Below are positions 47,809 through 57,211 of a stretch of DNA of 64,000 nucleotides, in pieces. This DNA is from Gammaproteobacteria bacterium (GTDB taxonomy: Bacteria; Pseudomonadota; Gammaproteobacteria; SZUA-229). Below the pieces are notes generated by a model that was not told where the DNA came from, did no database searches, and was given only the letters and a program-made list of their open reading frames with translations. The stretch covers positions 2,493 to 66,492 of the forward strand of contig JAUVDN010000001.1 of the NCBI GenBank assembly GCA_030595325.1. Reading direction: 5' to 3'. Position numbers and translations under genes: made by a program. Every line of letters begins with the position of its first letter. Within the stretch, counting starts at the first letter, position 1.

Positions 47809-48090
47809 ATGTCTGAGAATCATCGCCAATATCCACGCCAGGAAATACAGATCGAAGTTGAGCTTAGCTTTCTTGAAGATACTGCTCGCACCGTTATAAC
47901 GCGTGACATGAGCGAAGGCGGTCTATTTATGCGATTAAGTAATGCCAAGGATTACCCAATGGGTGAAATGGTCACACTGAATTTCAAAGACCCTTTAGCT
48001 GAATATGCAGAAACATCAAAAGACGGCATCATCGTACGTCACACAGATGATGGTATTGCTGTCGCCTATATAGAAATAGATGGGTTTTAG
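47809..48090 (+). CDS. Single-domain PilZ protein (c-di-GMP receptor)
   Basis: Canonical RQYPR (RxxxR) and DMSEGG (DxSxxG) motifs. ATG at 47809 is preferred over the TTG at 47791. Confidence 0.75.
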   Translation: MSENHRQYPRQEIQIEVELSFLEDTARTVITRDMSEGGLFMRLSNAKDYPMGEMVTLNFKDPLAEYAETSKDGIIVRHTDDGIAVAYIEIDGF

Positions 48091-48109
48091 TTAAAACCTT
48101 TGAATCAGG

Positions 48110-48310
48110 TCAGCCAGTAATTAAATCTTGATTGCATTCTACGCAATCCAGTTCAAAACCTATTTTATCTGACCTACCCTGCTGCGAAATAACCCAGACT
48201 CGATTCTGCCAAGGTGGATCGTGACGCACATGTTGCGTATGACCACATGCCAAATCAGCAACCCAGTCATCCAGCTCATCAAGATGAAAGCCAATTATTG
48301 CCTGCTTCAT
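48110..48310 (-). CDS. DUF3565-like small protein
   Basis: 66 aa. The pattern GFHLDELDDWVADLACGHTQHVRHDPPWQNR.WV plus a C-terminal C..C matches my recollection of DUF3565. Confidence 0.6.
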   Translation of the reverse strand: MKQAIIGFHLDELDDWVADLACGHTQHVRHDPPWQNRVWVISQQGRSDKIGFELDCVECNQDLITG

Positions 48311-48366
48311 TGCAAACCATTCTTCATTACAAACTATTCTTCACTGCAATCAGCCTAGCGGCCAAT

Positions 48367-49416
48367 TTATACCGGCCCAAGCAGATGCCCCAACCATTCG
48401 GTTTCTGGCTTGCTGTCCAACGCTAACTTGACCGTAATAGTGAGCGGCACTGATAACAACATGCCGACAGGCCCTAGTACCCAGCCCCAGAAGACCAACG
48501 AGACAAACACAACCAGTGTTGATAGACCAAGTCCCTCACCCATGTATTTGGGCTCAATAATACTACCGATTAATATGTTCACCGAAAGATAGACAGCAGC
48601 GACGAGCAATGCTGAAGGAAAGCCCAATTGCACGATTGTTAATAACACCGCTGGCACAGCGGCGATTATCGAGCCGATGTTTGGTACAAAATTAAGCATA
48701 AATGCCAACACACCCCACAACACCGGGTAATCCACACCAATCAACCATAATGCCGTTGCTATGATCACTCCTGTTAGTATGCTTATGATGGTTTTCATGC
48801 TCATGTAATTACGTAGTTTTTCCACGAACACTCGCGCAAACATCGTTTCATTTTGCTCAGCACCAGCACCAGCACCATTATCAGTGCCAGCGCCACCATT
48901 CAAGCTAATAAATTTTTGTGTCAAACCAGCTGTTTCAATCAGTATAAAAACGACAGTCAGGATGATCAAAAAAGAATCAGTTAAGACATTACCGAAACCT
49001 TTTAATATCGAAGACACCAAACCCACCGCAGCCGCAGGGTCCGCCATCTGCTTAATGCTGTCGGTAACAGAAACTCCATGATTATTTAACCATTGAATTG
49101 CACCGCCCCACTCTGCTGATATTTTCTGCTGATACAAAGGAAGCGTCTGACTAAAGTCAGTAAGCGAGCTGCCAATCAAAACCGTTAACAGAAAACCGAT
49201 TGTCACCACTAACAGCATCACAAACGTCAATGCCAGCCCTTTCGGCAAACCTTTTTGTTGCAGGTTGCTCATCAAAGGAAAACTTATCACTGCGATAAAT
49301 ACTGATAATAAAAAAGGTACCAACAGCGGTGAGGCGTATTTCATACCTGCGATAACAATAACAAGAGCTGCACTGACGATTAATGTACGCGAAGCGGGGG
49401 AAAATGATTTCGTCAC
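48367..49416 (-). CDS. AI-2E family transporter (PerM-like permease)
   Basis: 349 aa, about 8 TM segments. The FVPNIGSIIAAVPAV motif is typical of this family. Confidence 0.85.
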   Translation of the reverse strand: MTKSFSPASRTLIVSAALVIVIAGMKYASPLLVPFLLSVFIAVISFPLMSNLQQKGLPKGLALTFVMLLVVTIGFLLTVLIGSSLTDFSQTLPLYQQKISAEWGGAIQWLNNHGVSVTDSIKQMADPAAAVGLVSSILKGFGNVLTDSFLIILTVVFILIETAGLTQKFISLNGGAGTDNGAGAGAEQNETMFARVFVEKLRNYMSMKTIISILTGVIIATALWLIGVDYPVLWGVLAFMLNFVPNIGSIIAAVPAVLLTIVQLGFPSALLVAAVYLSVNILIGSIIEPKYMGEGLGLSTLVVFVSLVFWGWVLGPVGMLLSVPLTITVKLALDSKPETEWLGHLLGPV

Positions 49417-49435
49417 AGTAACTCCTTATCTACAA

Positions 49436-50752
49436 TTATTTAGTTGTTTCAGAAGCCAAGCCGTCAGAAGCCAATTCGTTAGAATCCGGAGCTTCAGAAT
49501 CTAATAGCTCGACGTCTTCATCTTTGAGCTCAACTTTTTCTATCTTCTCAAAACGACTGCTAATCTTAGTTGCTGAAATGTGCACATCTTCAACATCTTT
49601 ATTTGCCTGCTGAATATGTTTTGAAAGATTGTCCATACGTTTTCTGAAACGATCAAAATCTTTTGATAGATTAACCAGGTGCTCCTGAATAACATGGACT
49701 TGTTTACGAGTTGCCGAATCTTTTAATACTGCTCGCGCCGTAGTTAATACGGCCATCAGTGTCGTTGGCGATACCATCCATACCCTTGCACGTTGCGCTT
49801 CAGCAACCAGCTCTGGTTGATGCGCATGAATCTCTGCAAACACGGCTTCTGCAGGGATGAACATAATCGCACCGTCTGCAGTCTCATTCTCAATAATGTA
49901 TTTACTGGAAATATCTTTTATATGTTTTTTGATATCCAGACGGAACTGTTTCTCTGCAGCTTTTCGATCACTATCTGTTGCTTCGTTATCCATCATTCTC
50001 TGAAAAGAATCCAGCGGGAACTTTGAATCGATTGCGATATGCCCTGTCGGCTCGGGTAAAAACATCATGCAGTCAACGCGTGTGTTATTACTTAAGGTGT
50101 ACTGTAGCGCGTAACTTCCTTCTGGCATTACATTGCTGATAAGCCCTGCCATCTGAACTTCACCAAAAGCACCGCGTGAACGTTTGTCGGTTAAAACTTC
50201 CTGCAAGCTGACAACATTGCTAGAAAGCTCAGTGATACGTTTCTGTGCTTCGTCGATTAAGGCCAGACGTTTCACAACATCAGTAAAGGTCTCTGTAGTT
50301 TTTTCAAAGCCTTTATTCAACCGCTTCTCAACCTGGCCGCTGATATCATTAAGGCGGTTTTGCAATATTTCATGGAGTTCGACATTTGATTTTGCAAATG
50401 TCTCCAGACTTTCTTTGGACATCTCTCCCAGACGTTTCTCGATACTATTCTGCATGCCGCCAAAACGTTCTGTTGAAACTTGTGACATTTCACCCAGTCT
50501 TTTTTCCAGAGCCTGCTGCACGTCACCAAAACGCTGCTCCATCTTTGTTTGTGTATTGTTCTGCGCTTCCAGCATCGCTGCTCTGGTCTGCTGAAAATTA
50601 TCTAATAAACCTAGCGAGTGCTTAGCTTGTTCCGCACTCTTATATTCGAGATCAGAAAACTTATTATTCATGCGCGAGATCATTACCAGTAACGCAATGA
50701 TGATTATGACTAGCAGGCCAACAACGATGATTTCTACAGAGCTTATTTGCAT
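49436..50752 (-). CDS. rmuC: DNA recombination protein RmuC
   Basis: N-terminal TM, a long coiled coil with internal repeats (EKRLGEMS twice), and a C-terminal nuclease-like domain (AIDSKFP, MFIPAE). Confidence 0.88.
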   Translation of the reverse strand: MQISSVEIIVVGLLVIIIIALLVMISRMNNKFSDLEYKSAEQAKHSLGLLDNFQQTRAAMLEAQNNTQTKMEQRFGDVQQALEKRLGEMSQVSTERFGGMQNSIEKRLGEMSKESLETFAKSNVELHEILQNRLNDISGQVEKRLNKGFEKTTETFTDVVKRLALIDEAQKRITELSSNVVSLQEVLTDKRSRGAFGEVQMAGLISNVMPEGSYALQYTLSNNTRVDCMMFLPEPTGHIAIDSKFPLDSFQRMMDNEATDSDRKAAEKQFRLDIKKHIKDISSKYIIENETADGAIMFIPAEAVFAEIHAHQPELVAEAQRARVWMVSPTTLMAVLTTARAVLKDSATRKQVHVIQEHLVNLSKDFDRFRKRMDNLSKHIQQANKDVEDVHISATKISSRFEKIEKVELKDEDVELLDSEAPDSNELASDGLASETTK

Positions 50753-50850
50753 TGTTTTTATTATTCTAATTTAAGACACTTCTGTTTAAACAAACTTGAA
50801 GCTATACTTGCGATACATTTATCTCTATCAACCTTACTCTAACACACGTC

Positions 50851-51183
50851 GTGACCCATATTCTCTGCAAAACCACTGATATCAAAGACCCTGGAAGCAT
50901 AAGTTTTGAGGTGAAAATAAAATGTAAAATGCGGGAGATTTTTGTTGTACACAAAGACGGTTCTTTTTTTGCTTATTATAATACGTGCCCGCATACAGGC
51001 GCCACACTCGAATGGCAGGAAAACCAATTTCTCGACATGGATAATACGCTCATACAATGCGCCACACACGATGCGCTATTTATTATCGACACAGGCGAAT
51101 GTATTGCTGGCCCCTGTACAGGTGATTCACTCGAAGCACTGCCACTCATTATAGAGTCCAATCAGATACATCTTGATATCTAA
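50851..51183 (+). CDS. Small Rieske [2Fe-2S] domain protein
   Basis: CPHTGATLEW (C-x-H) and CATHDALF (C-x-x-H) ligand motifs. GTG start. Confidence 0.75.
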   Translation: MTHILCKTTDIKDPGSISFEVKIKCKMREIFVVHKDGSFFAYYNTCPHTGATLEWQENQFLDMDNTLIQCATHDALFIIDTGECIAGPCTGDSLEALPLIIESNQIHLDI

Positions 51184-51197
51184 TAACTCTTAATCAA

Positions 51198-52100
51198 ATG
51201 GATTTATTCATAAGACTTTTTCCATTATGGGCAATTGCCTTGTCCACACTCGCCTACTCAATGCCCGCCCCTTTTATAGAACTTAAATCCAGCATCATTC
51301 CTTTGCTGACGATTATCATGTTCAGCATGGGCTTAACTTTAAGCTTAGATGATTTCAAACGTGCTCTGGCCATGCCTAAACTTATTTTCAGCGGTTTAAT
51401 CTTACAGTTCACCGTCATGCCATTAACCGCACTGGTTATCGCTAACGTTCTCGAACTTGATCCCGCACTTACCATCGGATTAATATTAGTCGGCACCTGT
51501 CCCGGCGGCACCGCCTCTAATGTTATTACTTACCTTGCAAAAGGTAATGTTGCCTTATCGATAAGCCTGACTAGCATCTCCACCATTCTTGCGGTGCTGT
51601 TAACACCGGCAATTACCTTACTCATTGCAGATACCAGGATCGACGTACCTGCAATCAAAATGCTGGGCACGATTTTAACTATCGTTATATTCCCCGTTGC
51701 CTTAGGCATAACACTGAAACATTATTATGCATACCGGATTAAAGCGGTGGAGTCCTACCTTCCGCTTGTTGCAGTAAGCGCTATCGTCTTAATAATCGCT
51801 ATCATCACCGCACTGAATATTGAACAGTTCAGCCGGCTAGGCTTACTGCTGCTAGTCGCGGTCATTATGCACAATACTGCAGGCCTTCTGGCTGGTTACT
51901 ACAGCGCTAAATTACTCGGTTATGAAGCCAAAGAATGCCGCACACTTGCCATAGAAGTAGGCATGCAAAACTCCGGATTAGCCGTCGCACTTGCGATTAA
52001 GCACTTTTCAGCTGCCGCAGCCCTGCCTGGCGCCGTTTTCAGTATCTGGCACAACATTAGCGGCTCAACTCTGGCACTAATCTGGTCTAAAAAACACTAA
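51198..52100 (+). CDS. Bile acid:sodium symporter (BASS) family transporter
   Basis: 300 aa, about 9-10 TM segments. CPGGTASNV and EVGMQNSGLA motifs are typical of BASS/ACR3-like carriers. Confidence 0.85.
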   Translation: MDLFIRLFPLWAIALSTLAYSMPAPFIELKSSIIPLLTIIMFSMGLTLSLDDFKRALAMPKLIFSGLILQFTVMPLTALVIANVLELDPALTIGLILVGTCPGGTASNVITYLAKGNVALSISLTSISTILAVLLTPAITLLIADTRIDVPAIKMLGTILTIVIFPVALGITLKHYYAYRIKAVESYLPLVAVSAIVLIIAIITALNIEQFSRLGLLLLVAVIMHNTAGLLAGYYSAKLLGYEAKECRTLAIEVGMQNSGLAVALAIKHFSAAAALPGAVFSIWHNISGSTLALIWSKKH

Positions 52101-52117
52101 AACCTGCCATATTCACC

Positions 52118-52160
52118 TTGACAACCAGCACTTTATTTCATATGTTAGTAAACGTTTACT
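52118..52160 (+). promoter_or_regulatory. Sigma70-like promoter (TTGACA-17 nt-TATGTT) followed immediately by a perfect 14-bp palindrome AGTAAACGTTTACT (candidate operator)
   Basis: The -35 box is at 52118-52123 and the -10 box at 52141-52146. The palindrome is at 52147-52160, about 60 nt upstream of the tusA-like start. A TetR-family gene follows tusA. Confidence 0.45.
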
Positions 52161-52218
52161 TACATAAATTAAACATTTATAAATTTACAACTACACTCTA
52201 TTAAAAGAGGGGAACATT

Positions 52219-52452
52219 ATGAGCGATTTTGATTCAGAACTAGACGCAAGCGGTTTAAACTGCCCACTTCCAATCCTACGTGCGAAGAAAGCTATTTCTG
52301 CTCTAGACGCAGGTCAAACACTAAGAATTATTGCTACTGATCCAGGTTCTGTAAAAGACTTCGAAGCTTTTTGTAAGCAAACGGGTAACGAGCTTAAATC
52401 TAGCGGCGAAGAAGATGGCAAGTTCGTTTTCTTGATTCAAAAAGGTGCCTAA
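52219..52452 (+). CDS. tusA: TusA-family sulfur carrier protein
   Basis: 77 aa with the GLNCPLPILRAKKA active-site Cys motif. GAGGGG lies upstream of the ATG. Confidence 0.85.
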   Translation: MSDFDSELDASGLNCPLPILRAKKAISALDAGQTLRIIATDPGSVKDFEAFCKQTGNELKSSGEEDGKFVFLIQKGA

Positions 52453-52498
52453 GTTTGACCTTAGCTATTTAATTATAGCTATATAACGGACGATAAAG

Positions 52499-53140
52499 TT
52501 GAGTCATCGACTTTCAGGCCCTGAGCGCAGAGAGACTATTCTCTCTGCTGCTCAGGGCCTTTTTGCTGACAAAGGATTTCACGGCGTATCTATCGATGAA
52601 ATTGCCCGCGCAGTCAATGTCAGCCCGGCTATTCTCTACCGTCACTTCGATTCGAAGCAGACACTGTATACGGCAGTATTAGAAAAATTTGCTAGCCAGC
52701 GCCAAAGCTACGTTGACACTATTGTTAACCATGGCACACGATTTGAAGACGCCCTCGCCGGCATGACTCAGGTCTATATCGAAAATATCGCGAAGAACCC
52801 CGATATTTTAAAGATAGAACTCCACAGCCTGCTCGAAGGCAACCCAGCTACGCTAGCTTTTTTCCAGAATCGCTGGAAAAGCTTTACCGACTACATTGAA
52901 TTCGGCTTAAATGAATTATTACCTTATGATCTTCCTAACCGTGAAAAAACCATATTAACGGCCGGCCTGATGTTTCAGGGCATGGTACGTGAAGCACTAA
53001 TTCAGAAATGCCTGCAACCACAAGATCGACTAATCGACCTCAGCCTTTATGAACTGAGCAATGAACTGGTGGTTTTGTTTTTGCGCTCTATTGGTATTAA
53101 TAAGACACATATTTCCCGTAAGGCGACGATTTCTAGTTAG
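52499..53140 (+). CDS. TetR/AcrR family transcriptional regulator
   Basis: N-terminal HTH F...GFHGVSIDEIARAVNVSPAILYRHF. TTG start. Confidence 0.85.
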   Translation: MSHRLSGPERRETILSAAQGLFADKGFHGVSIDEIARAVNVSPAILYRHFDSKQTLYTAVLEKFASQRQSYVDTIVNHGTRFEDALAGMTQVYIENIAKNPDILKIELHSLLEGNPATLAFFQNRWKSFTDYIEFGLNELLPYDLPNREKTILTAGLMFQGMVREALIQKCLQPQDRLIDLSLYELSNELVVLFLRSIGINKTHISRKATISS

Positions 53141-53202
53141 CTTTCTTTATCTTTACAACTTACTTTATTATATTGCGGCATTTATACCGCCACGAAATAT
53201 AC

Positions 53203-53863
53203 CCCTGTAGGAGCTGAATCTTTTCATTCCGCGATGTTTTTTTACCTTTGCGCAACTCAAATAGATTGCGGTATTCGCACCGCGGGCGCGTTACTTTTCT
53301 TTATGAATAACATCCATGTTATTCACCCTACGGGCCGAGCAAAGCTCGTTCAAATTTGCTCCAGGAAAATTTAGTCAATAGCAAAAGAAAAGTAACCAAA
53401 AGAATGCCATCCCACATCGTTTGCCCCGAGAAGAACGCTCGGGGTGCCTGAATGAAGCGGTGTTGCCAACGAGTCGCTCTGATGCGCCATCCGGGCGCAC
53501 AGAGCTAACAGGCCGAACATGATTAATATTTCCTCTACCAACACCACTTCATTCAGCAAACGAGAAGGGAACTTAAAAACAAAATAAAAAACAAAATAAG
53601 CCCACTGTTTTATTCTTTTAATTTTCCCTCGCATTAGCCAAGCCATTGAGGTGTTGCTGGTGACATGAGTTTTCTGTGAAAACTGTCTGAGCGACTTCTG
53701 CGAGTTTTTTCACAGCATGACACCGGCAATATCTCAGTGGGAACCCCTGTGTTTTTTACAGGGGCGCCAGCGTCGCGACGGCCTTTTCTGGTTACTCTTT
53801 TGGGCTGTAGCAAAAGAGTAACCCGCCAGCGGGGCGGAACCCGCAATCTATTTGAGTTACACA
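53203..53863 (-). repeat. Mosaic hairpin-rich intergenic repeat, copy C (most complete; core 53261-53851)
   Basis: Both termini are present as about 35-bp inverted repeats: CAACTCAAATAGATTGCGGTATTCGCACCGCGGGCG ... CGCCAGCGGGGCGGAACCCGCAATCTATTTGAGTTAC. Contains the 144-bp internal module (53379-53522) and an extra unique hairpin segment. Confidence 0.85.
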
Positions 53864-53976
53864 GAAGTAAAATAAACTACTGAACAGAAAAGAACAAAAT
53901 GAACTGTAAATACTGACAAACCAGCCCATTTAAGTTAAATTCCACCCCACATTTACACAAACAAGAAGACCCAAAC

Positions 53977-54561
53977 ATGACATTTAAAAATCTACTATTA
54001 AGCATTGCCTCACTGGCACTAGTTTTTCAATTTCAACTTGCCCATGCTGCCAACCCAAAAGTAAAAATGGAAACCAGCAAAGGCACCATGATTATCGAGC
54101 TATACCCTGACAAAGCACCCGTGTCGGTGGAGAACTTTTTAAGCTACGTAAATTCCGGCGCATACGACGGCACGATCTTTCATCGCGTAATCAAAGGCTT
54201 TATGAATCAAGGCGGTGGCTTTACTCCTGACTATAAAAAAACCGATACTAAAGATCCAATTAAAAATGAAGCAGACAATGGCTTGAAAAATCTGGAATTT
54301 ACTGTCGCTATGGCACGTACCGGCCAACCTCACTCAGCGACTAACCAATTTTTTATTAATACCAATGACAACCACGCATTAGACCATACCGGAAAATCAA
54401 TGCGCGGCTGGGGCTACACTGTGTTCGGTAAAGTTATCGAAGGTCAAAATATCGTTGGCACTATTTCACGCGCTGCCACAGGACCAGGCGGGCCATTTGC
54501 TAAAGACGCGCCACGTACGCAAATAGTTATTACTAAGGTTACTGAAATAAAGGAAAAATAA
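53977..54561 (+). CDS. ppiA: Periplasmic peptidyl-prolyl cis-trans isomerase (cyclophilin type)
   Basis: Signal peptide plus FHRVIKGFMNQGGGF and the cyclophilin core. Confidence 0.93.
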   Translation: MTFKNLLLSIASLALVFQFQLAHAANPKVKMETSKGTMIIELYPDKAPVSVENFLSYVNSGAYDGTIFHRVIKGFMNQGGGFTPDYKKTDTKDPIKNEADNGLKNLEFTVAMARTGQPHSATNQFFINTNDNHALDHTGKSMRGWGYTVFGKVIEGQNIVGTISRAATGPGGPFAKDAPRTQIVITKVTEIKEK

Positions 54562-54569
54562 TAGCTGCC

Positions 54570-54608
54570 GTCAGCCGATGGTCGATTACTATTCGACCAT
54601 CGGCTGAC
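54570..54608. terminator. Bidirectional hairpin terminator between convergent ppiA and ubiC
   Basis: Perfect 16-bp stem GTCAGCCGATGGTCGA / TCGACCATCGGCTGAC with a 7-nt loop. A/T-rich runs lie on both sides. Confidence 0.75.
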
Positions 54609-54636
54609 GTAAAAATTAAGTAGTCAGGCAGAAAAA

Positions 54637-55173
54637 TTACTTAGCTTGATTTAGCAGTTCGGGAAGAAAATATTCACTCACTAAAATCGGCTTACCTGAT
54701 ACACGAAAAACAGAACGTCGCCCCCACACTGTACCTTCAGTTTTCACATACTTTCTCGCCTCATGTACGGCAGGCAACATCGCAACCTGAACGGCTTCAC
54801 GCCGCATCGTCCTATCGGCAAATAACATCGCACCGAGCGGCCTATTGCCCATGTTAGCAAAACGTTGCTGCGCACCTTGAATTGTTGTCGCAGGTATTAC
54901 CGTTCTCGCATACACCAGACGAGTATCACCACAACACAGCACCACCTGACGAACCAACGCTGAATGAACATTTTTTAGTGACATTGCAGATGCTTCTTCT
55001 GCACTCAGCTTGCGCCATTGCTGCGCGATAACCTGTACAGAAAATTCATTACCGCATAATTCAATTAAACGGGCGGTCAACGAAGAAGCATCAAACAGCC
55101 AGGACAATAATGAGCACGGTACTGATTGGTTAAATAATTGATGGCGCCGATACCAGCGTTGCGATGATTTCAC
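54637..55173 (-). CDS. ubiC: Chorismate-pyruvate lyase
   Basis: 178 aa. The WLFDASSLTARL N-terminal motif and the R...V....G....YARTVIP pattern are typical of UbiC. Confidence 0.72.
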   Translation of the reverse strand: MKSSQRWYRRHQLFNQSVPCSLLSWLFDASSLTARLIELCGNEFSVQVIAQQWRKLSAEEASAMSLKNVHSALVRQVVLCCGDTRLVYARTVIPATTIQGAQQRFANMGNRPLGAMLFADRTMRREAVQVAMLPAVHEARKYVKTEGTVWGRRSVFRVSGKPILVSEYFLPELLNQAK

Positions 55174-55258
55174 AATATAGGATTTACGATGATATGAATA
55201 AAAACGTTATTTTAGCGTGAAAGGGTAACTCACAAAAAGATTTTTTTGAAAGACTCAT

Positions 55259-57154
55259 TCATGGCAGCCATTTTTTTAATACTGTAGCGAGCTTGTCACG
55301 CTGAACGGGCTTACCGATATAGTCGTCCATACCCACTTCAAGGCAACGCTCACGGTCACCCGACATAACATTTGCTGTCATCGCCACAATCGGTAAAGGC
55401 TGCTGGCCTAATGTTTTGATATCCAGACGACGTATCTCTTTCGTCGCATCAAATCCGTCCATCTCCGGCATCTGGCAATCCATCAATATTAAATCAAATG
55501 ACTGCTCGCTTAGAACACTCAAAGCCTCAACGCCGTTATTTGCCAGCACTGGCTTTAGCCCAATTTTCTCAAGCATCTTTTGTGCGACCATCTGATTAAT
55601 CGGGTTATCCTCGACCAGCAGTACTTTTGCATTAAACTTAACATCAGCAGCGACCGTTGACTCTTGCAGTATATCCGGTGTTTCTTCTGTGCTTTGCAAA
55701 CTAATCTTGAACCAAAAAGAAGAACCCCTACCTTCGACACTATCGACACCTAAAGAGCCATCCATTAGCTCGACCAACTGACTAACGATAGCCAAACCTA
55801 GTCCCGTGCCACCATATTTTCTCGTGGTTGAACCATCAGCCTGAGTAAAAGCATTAAACAGTGTTTTTTGTGCCTCCTGTGAGATACCTATACCGGTGTC
55901 GGTTACCGTCACTTTCAACTCAACACTGGCCGCCCCTTTTTTCAAGACATCAACTTTGATCTTCACCTCACCTTGCTTGGTAAATTTCAACGCATTGGAA
56001 ACAAGGTTAACAATAATCTGTCGCAGCCTTGTCGGGTCACCCATCAAAGAGGCTGGCAATAAATTATCAATGTCCTGTGCAATCATCACACCATGCTGCT
56101 CTGCTTTTAATGAATACAAAACAACGATATCTTTAACGACATCTTCAAACTTAAATGCTATCTTTTCAAAACTCAACTTACCTGCTTCAATTTTTGATAG
56201 ATCGAGAATGTCATTAAGAATAGCTAACAGAGCATCTGCAGATTTATGCGCCGTATCAACAAGCCCTAATTGCTCATCACTCAACTTAGTATCTTCTAGC
56301 AACTGAAGCGTTCCTATAACACCATTCATCGGTGTTCGAATTTCATGACTCATATTTGCTAAAAATTCGCCTTTAGCCTGACTCATCTGTTCAGCTTTTT
56401 CTTTTGCTTCTTTTAGCTCTACTTCAATCTTTTTACCGTGCTTGATTTCCGCCTTTAAATTGTCGTTCAGATTTTCTAAATTAACACTGGCATTCGTTAT
56501 ATCTGTGATTAAAGCTTCATTCTTATAAGACAGTTCTAACTCGGCAATCGATGATTTATACATTCGGTAAACCGCCATCACCATCACACCTAAAAAGAAC
56601 CCCGTCATCGCCGACAAGGCGTAATAAATTTCTCCACCCATGTAAAACAGTCGTATCATCAGCGGCAACAATACACATCCGACGTAACCGTAATAGACCC
56701 AGGCCACTGAAGAATAAGCAACACCTGTTGCTGAGACGCCAACAAGAATAAATGCCAGCACAATCTGATGCAGCTCATTGAACGGGAACATCAAGGTTGA
56801 AGTAACCCCCCAACCCGCACCCGTTAGAAAAACGGTAACCAGATACCAGCGCCGAACGATAAACTTGTCGAGGGGCAACTTACTTTCTTCAGAATACAAC
56901 TTGAGATAGTGTGCAGCAGCGCGATAGACAAATAATAATGCCATAAAAGCAAGCCAGACACTTAGTACTTCATGTGGCAGATCTTTCCAGATCAAACCTA
57001 CCCAGATGATTGCCATTGCAAAGCCAGCAATATTACTAAAACCAGAACCGGTGATTAACCTGACTATCTGTGTCTGCAACACACGGTCATCTTGCTGATT
57101 GGGAAAATCTGCAGGAGAACTGTTATCCGTTAATAAAGTATTATCTGTTTGCAT
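55259..57154 (-). CDS. Hybrid sensor histidine kinase/response regulator with polytopic membrane sensor domain
   Basis: About 6 N-terminal TM segments, a coiled coil, the H-box [10 protein letters not shown], an HATPase domain (GTGLGLAIV), and a C-terminal REC domain ([13 protein letters not shown]). Confidence 0.9.
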   Translation of the reverse strand: MQTDNTLLTDNSSPADFPNQQDDRVLQTQIVRLITGSGFSNIAGFAMAIIWVGLIWKDLPHEVLSVWLAFMALLFVYRAAAHYLKLYSEESKLPLDKFIVRRWYLVTVFLTGAGWGVTSTLMFPFNELHQIVLAFILVGVSATGVAYSSVAWVYYGYVGCVLLPLMIRLFYMGGEIYYALSAMTGFFLGVMVMAVYRMYKSSIAELELSYKNEALITDITNASVNLENLNDNLKAEIKHGKKIEVELKEAKEKAEQMSQAKGEFLANMSHEIRTPMNGVIGTLQLLEDTKLSDEQLGLVDTAHKSADALLAILNDILDLSKIEAGKLSFEKIAFKFEDVVKDIVVLYSLKAEQHGVMIAQDIDNLLPASLMGDPTRLRQIIVNLVSNALKFTKQGEVKIKVDVLKKGAASVELKVTVTDTGIGISQEAQKTLFNAFTQADGSTTRKYGGTGLGLAIVSQLVELMDGSLGVDSVEGRGSSFWFKISLQSTEETPDILQESTVAADVKFNAKVLLVEDNPINQMVAQKMLEKIGLKPVLANNGVEALSVLSEQSFDLILMDCQMPEMDGFDATKEIRRLDIKTLGQQPLPIVAMTANVMSGDRERCLEVGMDDYIGKPVQRDKLATVLKKWLP

Positions 57155-57211
57155 ACTATTGTTTGTTTCGATCTATTGCTAAATTCAACCGCTTTAATTC
57201 ATCGTTATAAC

